Below are positions 46,423 through 55,285 of a DNA stretch of 64,000 nucleotides, piece after piece. The stretch lies in NCBI GenBank assembly GCA_964634945.1, contig CAZWMG010000002.1, positions 102,661 through 166,660 of the forward strand, read 5' to 3'. Numbering within the stretch: position 1 is the stretch's first letter; each line of letters starts with the position of its first letter. A program made the translations under genes and the position numbers. Source of the stretch: an uncultured Planctomycetia bacterium. GTDB lineage: Bacteria > Omnitrophota > Gorgyraeia > JABMRG01. The notes below the pieces were generated by a model. That model saw only the letters and a list, made by a program, of their open reading frames with translations. It ran no database searches and was not told where the DNA came from.

Positions 46423-46466
46423 GGGTAAGTCCACACACAACTAAAAACGATTTCTTTGCCAGGGTT

Positions 46467-46491
46467 AGCAGGAATTTTTCAAATTCTTGCT
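46467..46491 (+). terminator. Hairpin (11-bp stem with one G-U pair, 3-nt loop) 45 nt after the giant-gene stop. Candidate terminator/attenuator.
   Basis: AGCAGGAATTT-TTC-AAATTCTTGCT. It is followed by an A/T-rich stretch but not a clean U-tract. Confidence 0.35.
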
Positions 46492-46583
46492 AATTACAGG
46501 ATATTTTATGTCCAAATTATTTAAGACTTTATAAACCATGATGCCAAGAGCTGCATTTAGCATTTAACAGTGGGGGATAAGAT

Positions 46584-49500
46584 ATGTTTAATAAAGCAAG
46601 AAAAGCTTTTTCTTATTTAGTATTATTTTCTTTCTTTTTGAATAATACAGCTTATGCGGAAATTGCTAACAATTCTACATTGCGATGTATATCTTCTGCC
46701 AATGCACACATTGGGCAGAAGATAGCAAGCAACTTTTTAAATGCCCCACCTGATATAAAATCTTCAAACATTAAAACCTCCTCATCCGGCATTATAACTC
46801 CTGAAGATATATTCACAAGAAAACTCGCGTTAGCGATAATTAAGCCGGATGTCAGTTCTGATATAAATAAAAACATAGCAGCGAATAAGAGCCTCTTTAG
46901 CAGGGATGATATAATACGAGAGCTTGAAGATAAGGGTTTCGAAGTAATAACTACTTTACCTGCAAACGTTTTAACCAGAAGAGATGCGGAAGAGTTCTAC
47001 TCAGAGCATAAAGATAGGCTATTTTTTAGCGATCTTATTGAATATATGACATCAGATGAAAGTGTACCGGTTATATTGCGAGGCCCGGAAAACGCATGGC
47101 AGAAGTTAAGAAATGTTTTAGGGGTAGTGGATGGTAACGAGCAAAATACTTTAAGAGAAAAACTTGGCGCGCATAGGAAACAGCTTCCCGGCAATGTTAA
47201 TATCATATACAACAGAATACATGGATCTGATTCATTTCAGTCAACACTTAGAGAGATTCTTTTCATTGCGGATAAGATGCAAAGTACGCCTTTTCTTGGA
47301 TCCGGCGAAAAACTGCTCATGTCTTTGTCATTGGAATCAGATAGGGCATATTTCTCAGCACTTTACAGGCAGTATAAGCTTCAGTTGCTTGTATTAAATA
47401 GAGCACGTTTCTTAATCAATGCGGATGCTTCGCTGACAAAAGACGACGCTCTTGTAAGAGCCACAGCTTCGATAACAGCTGAACTGAAAAAAACAGGAAG
47501 AGATAAAGACGCCTTAATATTAGCGGATTCCAAGCCGCTTATTATTGGTCAAAGCTTTTTTCCTTCAGCACTACTTTCAGATAAGGATTTTAGAGATAAG
47601 CTAGGAGCGGTTCAATATGATGATATTGCTAATGACCCTAGAAACATAGAGGCCGCGACAGGTGTAACAATGGTACAAAATCCATTAAATGGCGGCATAG
47701 GCCAGGCAATGGACAGGTTGGGTTTCTTAGAGGCTATTTGGCCGGCAACCGGGCGAATAGGAGTGCCTGTGCTTGGCGCAAAGGCTATGGACTGCTATTT
47801 TAATGTTAAGGTAGTAATAAATGGCCAGGAAAAAGAAGCATTTGTAAGCGTTGCTGAAGCTACTATACTCTCTCTTCTTAACGAAGTAGAGAGAGGCTCA
47901 TATAGGCATGGCATCTTAGAGGAGTTTATAAGTAGTGAAACAAGCCAGGCAATGGAAGATCTTAAAAATACAGTATATCTTTACGATAGGCTCGACCCTT
48001 TTAAAGCCGACAAGAGGACATATGGCAATATACTTAAAGAGAAGAATATGTTAGGAATAATGCCGGAGCAGGCGATGTTTCCGCGTTTTGACGTAGAAGA
48101 TAACTACAGGCTTACTGATAAGTATACAGCTCCTGGAAGCCATGGACATTGGGGCGTTTATGCGCTTTCTAACATACCTGATGAAGAACTTCCACAGGAT
48201 GGGAGTATTCAGATAAGGAGCATATTTAATGGCGATGGCATATCTAATTCACCGAACAATGTTATAGCAGGTTGGATGGCGAGAGAAGGCGCGCCTGTTA
48301 TAATGATAACAACCACAAGAGCTCCGATAGATGTAAAGGGTGGTATGTTGGGCGTGGAATATTTAGATGATGAAAAGGTTAGAAAAAATATGCTTGAATT
48401 AGCAGATGCAAAGACAAACGACAAGGAGCAATCTGGTCAGGCTGAACTCTTCAAAAATATGGGTATCTCTGAAACGGGTAAAAATTTTGGCAAAGAAGGC
48501 ATGCAGCTTTTTAATACTAACACAGTGCTCTTGAATGATACAGTTTTGCAGCCATTTTTAAGAGAGTTACGAGAGACACTTGGCATAGAAGAATATAACA
48601 GGGCGATAAGCCCAAAGATGATGATGAAATCTGTTGTACAGAAAGATGGCAAAGAGTATGCCCAGTTAGAAGGCGCTATGGGTTCTTCAATGCTTAATCT
48701 TGCCGGATTTTTATCTACAAATAATGACCCACAGATAATAGACTTATGTAAAAAACATGGCATAGATCCAAATCTATTTTTACGTTTAGTCAATATAGAC
48801 GTAAATAAGAGGACAGATTTCTTCGCTCCTATAAAATTTCCTATAGATTACTGGTTGCAGTTTTTTAGTGACCATTTTACAGTCGATACAACTACATGGA
48901 AGCTTAAGAACCTAAGGCCCGGCCATCTGCCAGCCCTGGATACGCCGGATCAGGATAAGGATGAATACTACTCGAATGTGCTTAATCTGTTTAACCTTTT
49001 TGGAGATAAGGGTGTATTAAATAAAAATAATCCTGTAATGACAAGTACAATTGGCCTTGATCTGCTAAAGCTACGCGGTAAGGTTAAAATAGCCGGTTCA
49101 ATACTACGGGGAAATGTTGTAGTGATAAATGAGGGCGATGGTGTTGCTGATTTAACTACTGGCGAGATACAAACGAAGTTGCTTGCCGATAACATGGTAA
49201 GCCTGGATAATGGCAAGCTGGTCTTAGAGGATGTTGCTATAGTAATAAGGGAGAATGGTAAGGATATAAAAGCAGCTAAGTTGCAAAATAAGGAAAGCAT
49301 AGATATTGTAGTTTCTGCGTTAGTTTCAGATAAGGCCTCCTCAGCAGGCATGAATCAGGAAACAGATATTCCAGCCATCAAGAGTATTGTTCACCAAGCT
49401 AGAGCCGCTCTGACGCAAGAGCGCAAGAAAGGCATAGAATTCGGAACCAGCGGTTTTAGGGGTATAAATAGTTTAAATGAATTAACCGTAGCTATTACAG

Positions 49501-52415
49501 CGCAGGCAAACGTGGATTATATAAAAGAAGCTGGTGACAGAGATAAGGTATTTGTTATCGGCAGGGATACCAGAGAACAGGGGAATGACTTTATTATGAT
49601 TACCGCGGCAGTATTTGCTGATAATGGCATAAAAGCAGTTATCTCGGACGGATATACACCAACTCCTGTAATTGCACATGCCACTGTTGCTAATGCATAT
49701 GGCGGAGCTATAAATTTTACTGCAAGTCATAATCCCCAAGAGTATAAAGGATACAAGTTTACCCCCTCGCATGGCGGGGCTGTGCTACCGGAAGTAACCG
49801 ATGTAATACAGTCGAAAACGAACGATTACCTAAAGCGATTGGAGTCGGATAGCGGAATTATAGCTGCCTTGAATAGCCCATACCTAAAAGCTGCTTTGAG
49901 TTATAAGGAGATGTTTGAGTCTTTTGTTAATTCCGGTGATATTAAATTCATCGATCCAGTAGAGGCTTATGTAGAGTATCTTTTTGGTCTTGAGATGCAA
50001 GGTGTAAAGATATTTGATAAGGTAACAGATTCCCGGCTTGGTGTTATAGCAAGCGGCTTGCATGGAACAGCAGGCCCTTATTTTGAGCGCATCTTTGGCC
50101 CAAAAGGATTAAATAAGCTGGCAGTAGATGTTTTAAATAGAGCGCCAAGAGAAGACTTCGGCCGTTTTAAGAGCCCCGAGGCAAAAGAAGCAAATCTTAA
50201 GGATGTAGTAGATCTTGTCACTAGGCTTGATAATGTGTTAGGTGTTTCAGGTGACGGTGATGCAGATAGAGAAGGAATTATCGATATAAATAGCAAGTTT
50301 ATAGAACCGAATGAATTAGCTGCTATATTTTATTGGTATCTTCATGAGATAAAGGGTCTAAAAGGCGGCGTTGCAAAGACTGTGGCGACTACGAACCTTC
50401 TTAATGTGTTAGCAGGTACGTTTAATGAAGAATGTTATGAAAAACAGGTAGGTTTCAAGAATTTTATGAATGAGATACTTAGCGGAAAGGCTATTGTGGC
50501 TGCGGAATCGAGCGCTCACATAGGAATAAACGCTGTGTCCTGGGATGACGCTTTTTTATGCGCTCTATTAACATATCAGATACTCTCTGATAAGGACAAT
50601 ATTAAGGAGAAGACAGGCGTTGAATTGAAAGCCCTTACCGATATCTTAGATTATATACAGAATAAGGTTGTTAGCAGTTATTTTAGTTTTTATGAGGGCA
50701 AGATACCGGCTGATGAGGCGACAAAGAGCCTGCTTTTAAGCTGGAATCAAAGCCCCGAGATGCTTAGCAGAAAGCTTGGTGAGGAGCAATTGTTATCTAT
50801 CTTGCAATACAATAATTTAGAGGTAGCTCAGATAAGCACTTTGCCAAAAAAGGGGATAAAGGTTGTTCTTAAGGATAGAAGCTGGCTCTGCCTAAGGCCT
50901 TCAGGCACTGAACCGCTGGTAAGATTATATGCGGAAGGGGCAGATAAGGCTGCGCACGAGGCGTCTAAAAAGAAGGAAATTCTTAAAAAGATAGCTCAAG
51001 CTTTATTGAAGGTTGATAAGGAGAAGCAGTCATTAAAGGCCTCCTCATCCGGCACTCAGAGCGCCCAGGATAGTGTAGAGTTAAGCTCTATCAGCAGACT
51101 TTTTTCTCAATTTGTATCCGAAAAGAATCCAGATACTTTAAGAAGTTTGATAAAAACAGCCAGAGAAGCTATGAGGGATACTTATGCAAATCCAGATAAG
51201 AAAGAGATTCTTCACAATGCAATTCTTTTTGCGGAGATGAGATTACTTAGTGAATTTCCGCCAGAATCAACAAAAGATAAGAAGAAACTCCTTTCTAAAT
51301 ACGCGGAATTGGAAAGGCAGTGGCAGAAAATGTTTGAAAAAATGTCACAAGATGCCTATAAAGTTTCAAAACGATATTTTCCAGATGAGTATAATGTGTT
51401 GCAATATAAGCTCAAGATGTATAAGGATTTTTTAGTTGTGCTTAAGCAAGATATGGAAGAGCTAGAAGATAAATTGCTACAGCAGATCTCAGATGCAAAA
51501 TCCTCCTCAAGTGGTGAGAGCAAACTCTCCGCTGAGAGAGCGGATGCTATTGAGGCAGAGCTTGGACATCTCTTTGATATTACAAGAGAGACTATGATAG
51601 AGGGTCTAGCAAAACCACCTATTGTAAAAATTGATCTAGCGAGAGATGATTTCCTGTCTATTGAATTTGCGCTGCTGCTGGAGAGATATAGGCAGATGGC
51701 TGTAAAAGAGTTTGGGGAAAATATAATAATGGATATCTTGCCTAGTAGAAATGGGAACGAAGGCGTGCGTGTGGGCATATCAGTAAAACCAGATAGCGCA
51801 GCAGTTGAATATAAATCTTCCTCATCTGGTATATTGCTTACTGAAAATGATTTAGGCCTTATTGAACTCGCCGCTGATGTAGCGGACCTAAGTGACGCAA
51901 CAGGTACAATAGTATACGATGATACAGCAATGTCAACAGAACAGCAGGGAATATTACGGAACCTTTTAGGCAAGGGTACACAAGGTTTAGCTGACCTAGA
52001 GGCAAAACTGGGATGTGATGTAAGGCTAATGTCACAAGGCGATGTATCGGATAACGCGAATACAATAATAATCTCAGACGGAGAAATTCCGGGTTTTCTT
52101 AATGCCAAATACTTAATCACAGAGCAGACACAGATAGATACTAGTTATATCGCGGTAACTCCTCTCATAGCGATAGCAAAAGGATTATTGGGGCTAGACA
52201 ACATAACAAGCCAGCCGGAACTATATGAAGCCCTTAAGAGTTCAATAAGAAGCATAAGTCAAGGCCTTCTAAATGCAAGCGATATAGAAGCTGCCATAAC
52301 CGCCTATATAAATGGCAGCCCAATGCTTGTAAAATTACCGCCTGCGTCAGTATATGATTATGATAAGCTTGAGCAGTTGTATCGTCAGGCGCTTATGGTA
52401 TTGATCTCCGCGTAA
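46584..52415 (+). CDS. 1,943-aa fusion protein: nucleoside-diphosphate kinase domain + eukaryotic-type UTP-glucose-1-phosphate uridylyltransferase (UDPGP family) domain + phosphoglucomutase/phosphomannomutase domain + Lys/Glu-rich C-terminal region. It has an N-terminal signal-peptide-like segment.
   Basis: NDK (~46815-47250): KLALAIIKPD...GFEV...FYSEHKDRLFFSDLIEYMTSDESVPVILRGPENAWQKLRNVLG...NRIHGSDS. UGPase (~47450-48950): LNGGIGQAMD (LNGGLGTSMG), APGSHGHWGVY (PPGHGDIY), FNGDGISN, TRAPIDVKGGML (TRADVKGGTL), FNTNTVLL (FNTNNLWI). PGM (49430-50990): GIEFGTSGFRG, TASHNP, GDGDADR, RPSGTEPLVRLYAEG. SD GTGGGGGATAAG before ATG. Signal: MFNKARKAFSYLVLFSFFLNNTAYA. Confidence 0.88.
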   Translation: MFNKARKAFSYLVLFSFFLNNTAYAEIANNSTLRCISSANAHIGQKIASNFLNAPPDIKSSNIKTSSSGIITPEDIFTRKLALAIIKPDVSSDINKNIAANKSLFSRDDIIRELEDKGFEVITTLPANVLTRRDAEEFYSEHKDRLFFSDLIEYMTSDESVPVILRGPENAWQKLRNVLGVVDGNEQNTLREKLGAHRKQLPGNVNIIYNRIHGSDSFQSTLREILFIADKMQSTPFLGSGEKLLMSLSLESDRAYFSALYRQYKLQLLVLNRARFLINADASLTKDDALVRATASITAELKKTGRDKDALILADSKPLIIGQSFFPSALLSDKDFRDKLGAVQYDDIANDPRNIEAATGVTMVQNPLNGGIGQAMDRLGFLEAIWPATGRIGVPVLGAKAMDCYFNVKVVINGQEKEAFVSVAEATILSLLNEVERGSYRHGILEEFISSETSQAMEDLKNTVYLYDRLDPFKADKRTYGNILKEKNMLGIMPEQAMFPRFDVEDNYRLTDKYTAPGSHGHWGVYALSNIPDEELPQDGSIQIRSIFNGDGISNSPNNVIAGWMAREGAPVIMITTTRAPIDVKGGMLGVEYLDDEKVRKNMLELADAKTNDKEQSGQAELFKNMGISETGKNFGKEGMQLFNTNTVLLNDTVLQPFLRELRETLGIEEYNRAISPKMMMKSVVQKDGKEYAQLEGAMGSSMLNLAGFLSTNNDPQIIDLCKKHGIDPNLFLRLVNIDVNKRTDFFAPIKFPIDYWLQFFSDHFTVDTTTWKLKNLRPGHLPALDTPDQDKDEYYSNVLNLFNLFGDKGVLNKNNPVMTSTIGLDLLKLRGKVKIAGSILRGNVVVINEGDGVADLTTGEIQTKLLADNMVSLDNGKLVLEDVAIVIRENGKDIKAAKLQNKESIDIVVSALVSDKASSAGMNQETDIPAIKSIVHQARAALTQERKKGIEFGTSGFRGINSLNELTVAITAQANVDYIKEAGDRDKVFVIGRDTREQGNDFIMITAAVFADNGIKAVISDGYTPTPVIAHATVANAYGGAINFTASHNPQEYKGYKFTPSHGGAVLPEVTDVIQSKTNDYLKRLESDSGIIAALNSPYLKAALSYKEMFESFVNSGDIKFIDPVEAYVEYLFGLEMQGVKIFDKVTDSRLGVIASGLHGTAGPYFERIFGPKGLNKLAVDVLNRAPREDFGRFKSPEAKEANLKDVVDLVTRLDNVLGVSGDGDADREGIIDINSKFIEPNELAAIFYWYLHEIKGLKGGVAKTVATTNLLNVLAGTFNEECYEKQVGFKNFMNEILSGKAIVAAESSAHIGINAVSWDDAFLCALLTYQILSDKDNIKEKTGVELKALTDILDYIQNKVVSSYFSFYEGKIPADEATKSLLLSWNQSPEMLSRKLGEEQLLSILQYNNLEVAQISTLPKKGIKVVLKDRSWLCLRPSGTEPLVRLYAEGADKAAHEASKKKEILKKIAQALLKVDKEKQSLKASSSGTQSAQDSVELSSISRLFSQFVSEKNPDTLRSLIKTAREAMRDTYANPDKKEILHNAILFAEMRLLSEFPPESTKDKKKLLSKYAELERQWQKMFEKMSQDAYKVSKRYFPDEYNVLQYKLKMYKDFLVVLKQDMEELEDKLLQQISDAKSSSSGESKLSAERADAIEAELGHLFDITRETMIEGLAKPPIVKIDLARDDFLSIEFALLLERYRQMAVKEFGENIIMDILPSRNGNEGVRVGISVKPDSAAVEYKSSSSGILLTENDLGLIELAADVADLSDATGTIVYDDTAMSTEQQGILRNLLGKGTQGLADLEAKLGCDVRLMSQGDVSDNANTIIISDGEIPGFLNAKYLITEQTQIDTSYIAVTPLIAIAKGLLGLDNITSQPELYEALKSSIRSISQGLLNASDIEAAITAYINGSPMLVKLPPASVYDYDKLEQLYRQALMVLISA

Positions 52416-52543
52416 TAGCTATTTACAAAGCGATAAGTTTACATTTTGAGTATTGCACTATTTTGTAAAGCTTGATCTCCGCGTAATAGCTATTTACAAA
52501 GCGATAAGTTTACATTTTGAGTATTGCACTATTTTGTAAAGCT
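52401..52543. repeat. 81-nt tandem duplication (52401..52481 and 52482..~52543) that recopies the last codons plus the TAA stop of the fusion gene, together with the 34-nt palindromic element
   Basis: ttgatctccgcgtaatagctatttacaaagcgataagtttacattttgagtattgcactattttgtaaagc occurs twice back-to-back. The second copy diverges into the RBS of the next gene. Confidence 0.85.
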
Positions 52544-52552
52544 AAGGATAAT

Positions 52553-54352
52553 ATGAAAAGTATTCTTAAAAAAATAGTTACCTGTTTAGCGACAGCGACC
52601 TTTCTTATTAGTAGTCCTGCCTACCCATCTTCTATGGATACTAACACATTGCGTTCAAAGGCCTCTGTCAATACTCCCGCTAGTCATAATCTGGCCGATA
52701 GGTTCCTAACCAATGATACACAAGATGCGGAAGGTGGGTTTGTTTTTCGTAAGTGGAGCAAGAAGCCTGATACTTTAGCGTTTGGTAAGTATGGAAGTTT
52801 GAGAAGAAAACCCAACAAGCTTACAGACATAGCATTAGCAAGATTTAATTCACAATTAAGAAAGACAAAAAAACGTTTACTGGATGAAGGTTTTTTTAAT
52901 AAAGAAGATTTTAAGGTTGTATTAGAGATCATCTATCCTGCCTATAAGGCCGCAACATATTCCAAGAAGAGGGATACTATTATATTAGATCGTCGTTGCT
53001 TTGGAAATGACGATTTTTTGTATTTTAAGATCAAGCACGAGCTTACTGACCGCAAATTGCCTGAGATAGATATTATAGGAGAGCAGTTTAAAGAGTTACC
53101 TGGGCTAAGAGAACTCTTTACTCTAATTACAGTGGATATCCAAGGCCTTATGCATTTAAGAGATAACTACCGAGGTCGGGCAGAAGATATATTAAAATAC
53201 TGCCGTAGCGTAGGACATCACAACAGAGGACTATTAACATGTTATGAGAAGATAATGAAGAACCCGTCGCTTAATGACCCGTTTGCTTTTACAGAGGACG
53301 TTTTCAGGCTTGTAGAGAGTGAGAGGCGCAAGGCATATTTTCCGAATACGCGTAAAGCAGTTAGAAAAATAGCCAGAAAAAATAGTGATGGCAGCATTAA
53401 TTATGAGATGACCTCCACTATATTAAGGGCTTGGTTGAAGTCAATACACAAGCAGTTTATTGAATTGCGAGATATAAGAGAGGTATCGCAATTCAAGCCC
53501 CTGACAGATTTTAATAAAAATACGCCTATATCGCTAAGGCCATTTATGCCTTACGCTAAGGAGATAGATTACCAGCTTGACAATGATTGTATCTTTCTGC
53601 GGGTAAAGATAGATGATAAAAAAGGCCGGATCAAGTACGCTTACCTTTATATAGGCCTCAATGATGATTGGAATAGTGTATTAGGAAAGCGCGGAAAGAT
53701 CTATAGCTTAACATATCATAAATGGCAGCATACCAGCTCGGGCATATTTCAGTATGTAAATTATGGTACGGAAAAAGAGAGAGGTTTATACTGGGATTAC
53801 CTTATCAGGCTTCCGGTTAGCCAGTTGATAAGCAAGCTCTGCAACAATTCAGGCCAGGACAATCTTAAAAAACTTTTTTCGGACCTATTTAGTGAGTTGG
53901 GGGTAAAAGGCGACATGGGAAGTAAGGCATGGCTTTCTGTAAAAAAGATCGTAGGAAGAAAAAAGGGGCCGAATAATTATTATGTGATAAGGGGCATAAT
54001 TTGGAAACATATTGATCGCAAGCACCCTAAATTGTTCTTAGGTGAGGATAACCTGCGTGACACCTCTGTGGGTGAGGTACCTGCCTGGTTATTGACAGAA
54101 GATTCTGAGATGGGCCCAAAAGCCCTTTCATTTTTAAATCCGCGTAAAAAATGCAGCTGCCCAAATTTTTATGAAGAAGCAGATCGCATATCTATGCGGG
54201 AGATCTTAAGGATGCTAGAAAAAGCCTCTTCTCAACCTATGCAGCAGATGAACCTTTTTGGCGCGGGAAAGCCTGCCCCTGCTGCTATACTTAGTATTTC
54301 CAATATAAGTAAAGCGCAGATTGTAGATTCTGCTATATATATTGCGGCATAG
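52553..54352 (+). CDS. Secreted hypothetical protein (~599 aa from ATG 52553; the ORF track extends to a TTG at 52517)
   Basis: ATG at 52553 is preceded by AAGGA. N-terminus MKSILKKIVTCLATATFLISSPAYPSS is signal-peptide-like. No recognisable catalytic motifs. Confidence 0.6.
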   Translation: MKSILKKIVTCLATATFLISSPAYPSSMDTNTLRSKASVNTPASHNLADRFLTNDTQDAEGGFVFRKWSKKPDTLAFGKYGSLRRKPNKLTDIALARFNSQLRKTKKRLLDEGFFNKEDFKVVLEIIYPAYKAATYSKKRDTIILDRRCFGNDDFLYFKIKHELTDRKLPEIDIIGEQFKELPGLRELFTLITVDIQGLMHLRDNYRGRAEDILKYCRSVGHHNRGLLTCYEKIMKNPSLNDPFAFTEDVFRLVESERRKAYFPNTRKAVRKIARKNSDGSINYEMTSTILRAWLKSIHKQFIELRDIREVSQFKPLTDFNKNTPISLRPFMPYAKEIDYQLDNDCIFLRVKIDDKKGRIKYAYLYIGLNDDWNSVLGKRGKIYSLTYHKWQHTSSGIFQYVNYGTEKERGLYWDYLIRLPVSQLISKLCNNSGQDNLKKLFSDLFSELGVKGDMGSKAWLSVKKIVGRKKGPNNYYVIRGIIWKHIDRKHPKLFLGEDNLRDTSVGEVPAWLLTEDSEMGPKALSFLNPRKKCSCPNFYEEADRISMREILRMLEKASSQPMQQMNLFGAGKPAPAAILSISNISKAQIVDSAIYIAA

Positions 54353-54456
54353 CTTTTATCTGGCAGTTGCGCGGCTAATAAAACAGGAGTTTCAGAAGGT
54401 TTTTTTTGAGGAAAGGAGGGCAAAAAATATAAAAGCGGAAATAACAGGATTTTAGC

Positions 54457-54485
54457 TTGACGTAAAGAATATATTTTGTTAAACT
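54457..54485 (+). promoter_or_regulatory. Candidate sigma70 promoter: TTGACG - 17 nt - TGtTAAACT
   Basis: TTGACG 54457-54462, then TAAACT 54480-54485 with an upstream TG. Strong SD AAGGAGG 8 nt before ATG 54565. Confidence 0.4.
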
Positions 54486-54564
54486 AACTACCATTCATTA
54501 TTTTAAAAGAGTGATTTTTCACATAGATTATAACGATTAAAATATTCAAAAGGAGGATGAGAGC

Positions 54565-55209
54565 ATGAGAAAGATGTTAGCACTTAGCGCGTTGGCACTG
54601 ATTGCCGTATCATTAGTGGCAACAGGATGCGCCAAACAGGAAGAGATCGTAATTGAGGAGTTTGAGTCCCAGAACGCGGCAACGGGAAAAGATTTTAAGG
54701 TATTCAATATATATACCGATAAGTCATCTCCGGGTAACCATTATATACCTTCAGGCTGGATGGGTGATTTTAGCGACATAAAGATAAACGACCGTTATAT
54801 GGAAGGTGCGCATAGCGGCACTACCTGTATACAGGTAGAGTATCTTCCTCGCCGTTCACAGGGGGCCGGTTGGATGGGAATATATTGGCAGAACCCAGCT
54901 AATAATTGGGGATCTAAAAAGTCAGGCTTTGATCTTACCGGAGCTAAGGAGCTTGTTTTTTGGGCTCGTGGAGCTAAAGGCGGAGAAATAATATCAGAGT
55001 TTAAGATGGGCGGCATTACAGGTGAATTTTCAGATTCTGATTCCGCTGGCATAGGCCCTGCTATGCTTACATCAGATTGGAAAGAGTATAGGATAAATTT
55101 GGAAGGTAAGGATCTATCCCATATAATAGGCGGTTTCTGCTTATCCGCTAACGCTGATGATAACCCTGATGGGTTTATTATCTATCTTGATGATTTAAAG
55201 TACGAATAA
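54565..55209 (+). CDS. Lipoprotein with a beta-sandwich carbohydrate-binding-module-like domain (paralog A of 62607..63209)
   Basis: Lipobox LVATGC. Shares with the 62607 protein the blocks Y.PSGWMGD.SDI, G..C.(Q/K)V.Y, G(A/R)(G/R)W.G.YWQNP.NNWG, DLTGAK.L.FWARG.KGGE.I, G.(K/L)..D..YI.GGF, (I/F)YIDD..YE. Confidence 0.7.
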   Translation: MRKMLALSALALIAVSLVATGCAKQEEIVIEEFESQNAATGKDFKVFNIYTDKSSPGNHYIPSGWMGDFSDIKINDRYMEGAHSGTTCIQVEYLPRRSQGAGWMGIYWQNPANNWGSKKSGFDLTGAKELVFWARGAKGGEIISEFKMGGITGEFSDSDSAGIGPAMLTSDWKEYRINLEGKDLSHIIGGFCLSANADDNPDGFIIYLDDLKYE

Positions 55210-55218
55210 ACATAGAAG

Positions 55219-55270
55219 AATAGGAGATAGCGCCTCTTTTTGTCATAAAGAAAAGGCGCTCTTCCTATTT
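55219..55270 (+). terminator. Imperfect GC-cored hairpin (AGCGCC...GGCGCT with extended A/T pairing) followed by a T-rich tract
   Basis: aataggagatAGCGCCtctttttgtcataaagaaaaGGCGCTcttcctattt, located 10 nt after the stop at 55209. Confidence 0.45.
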
Positions 55271-55285
55271 ATCCGAGGTAATATT

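Noticed and set aside
51356-52120. 254-aa minus-strand ORF (and the many other 60-156-aa minus-strand or off-frame ORFs such as 23112..23582, 12897..13322, 8666..9016, 48968..49351, 9380..9595+)
   Set aside because: All lie entirely inside the giant or fusion genes, antisense or out of frame. They have low-complexity Ser/Leu-rich translations typical of shadow ORFs opposite Lys/Glu-rich coding sequence. They have no RBS and no recognisable motifs.
52401-52543. Possible CRISPR-like array because of the repeated 81-nt and 34-nt elements
   Set aside because: There are only two direct copies with no unique spacers between them. This is a simple tandem duplication, not a repeat-spacer architecture.
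52517-52552. Upstream TTG start extending the 52553 gene by 12 codons (as in the ORF track)
   Set aside because: The extension lies inside the duplicated palindromic element and adds MSIALFCKAKDN before a textbook signal peptide. ATG 52553 with AAGGA spacing is more plausible.
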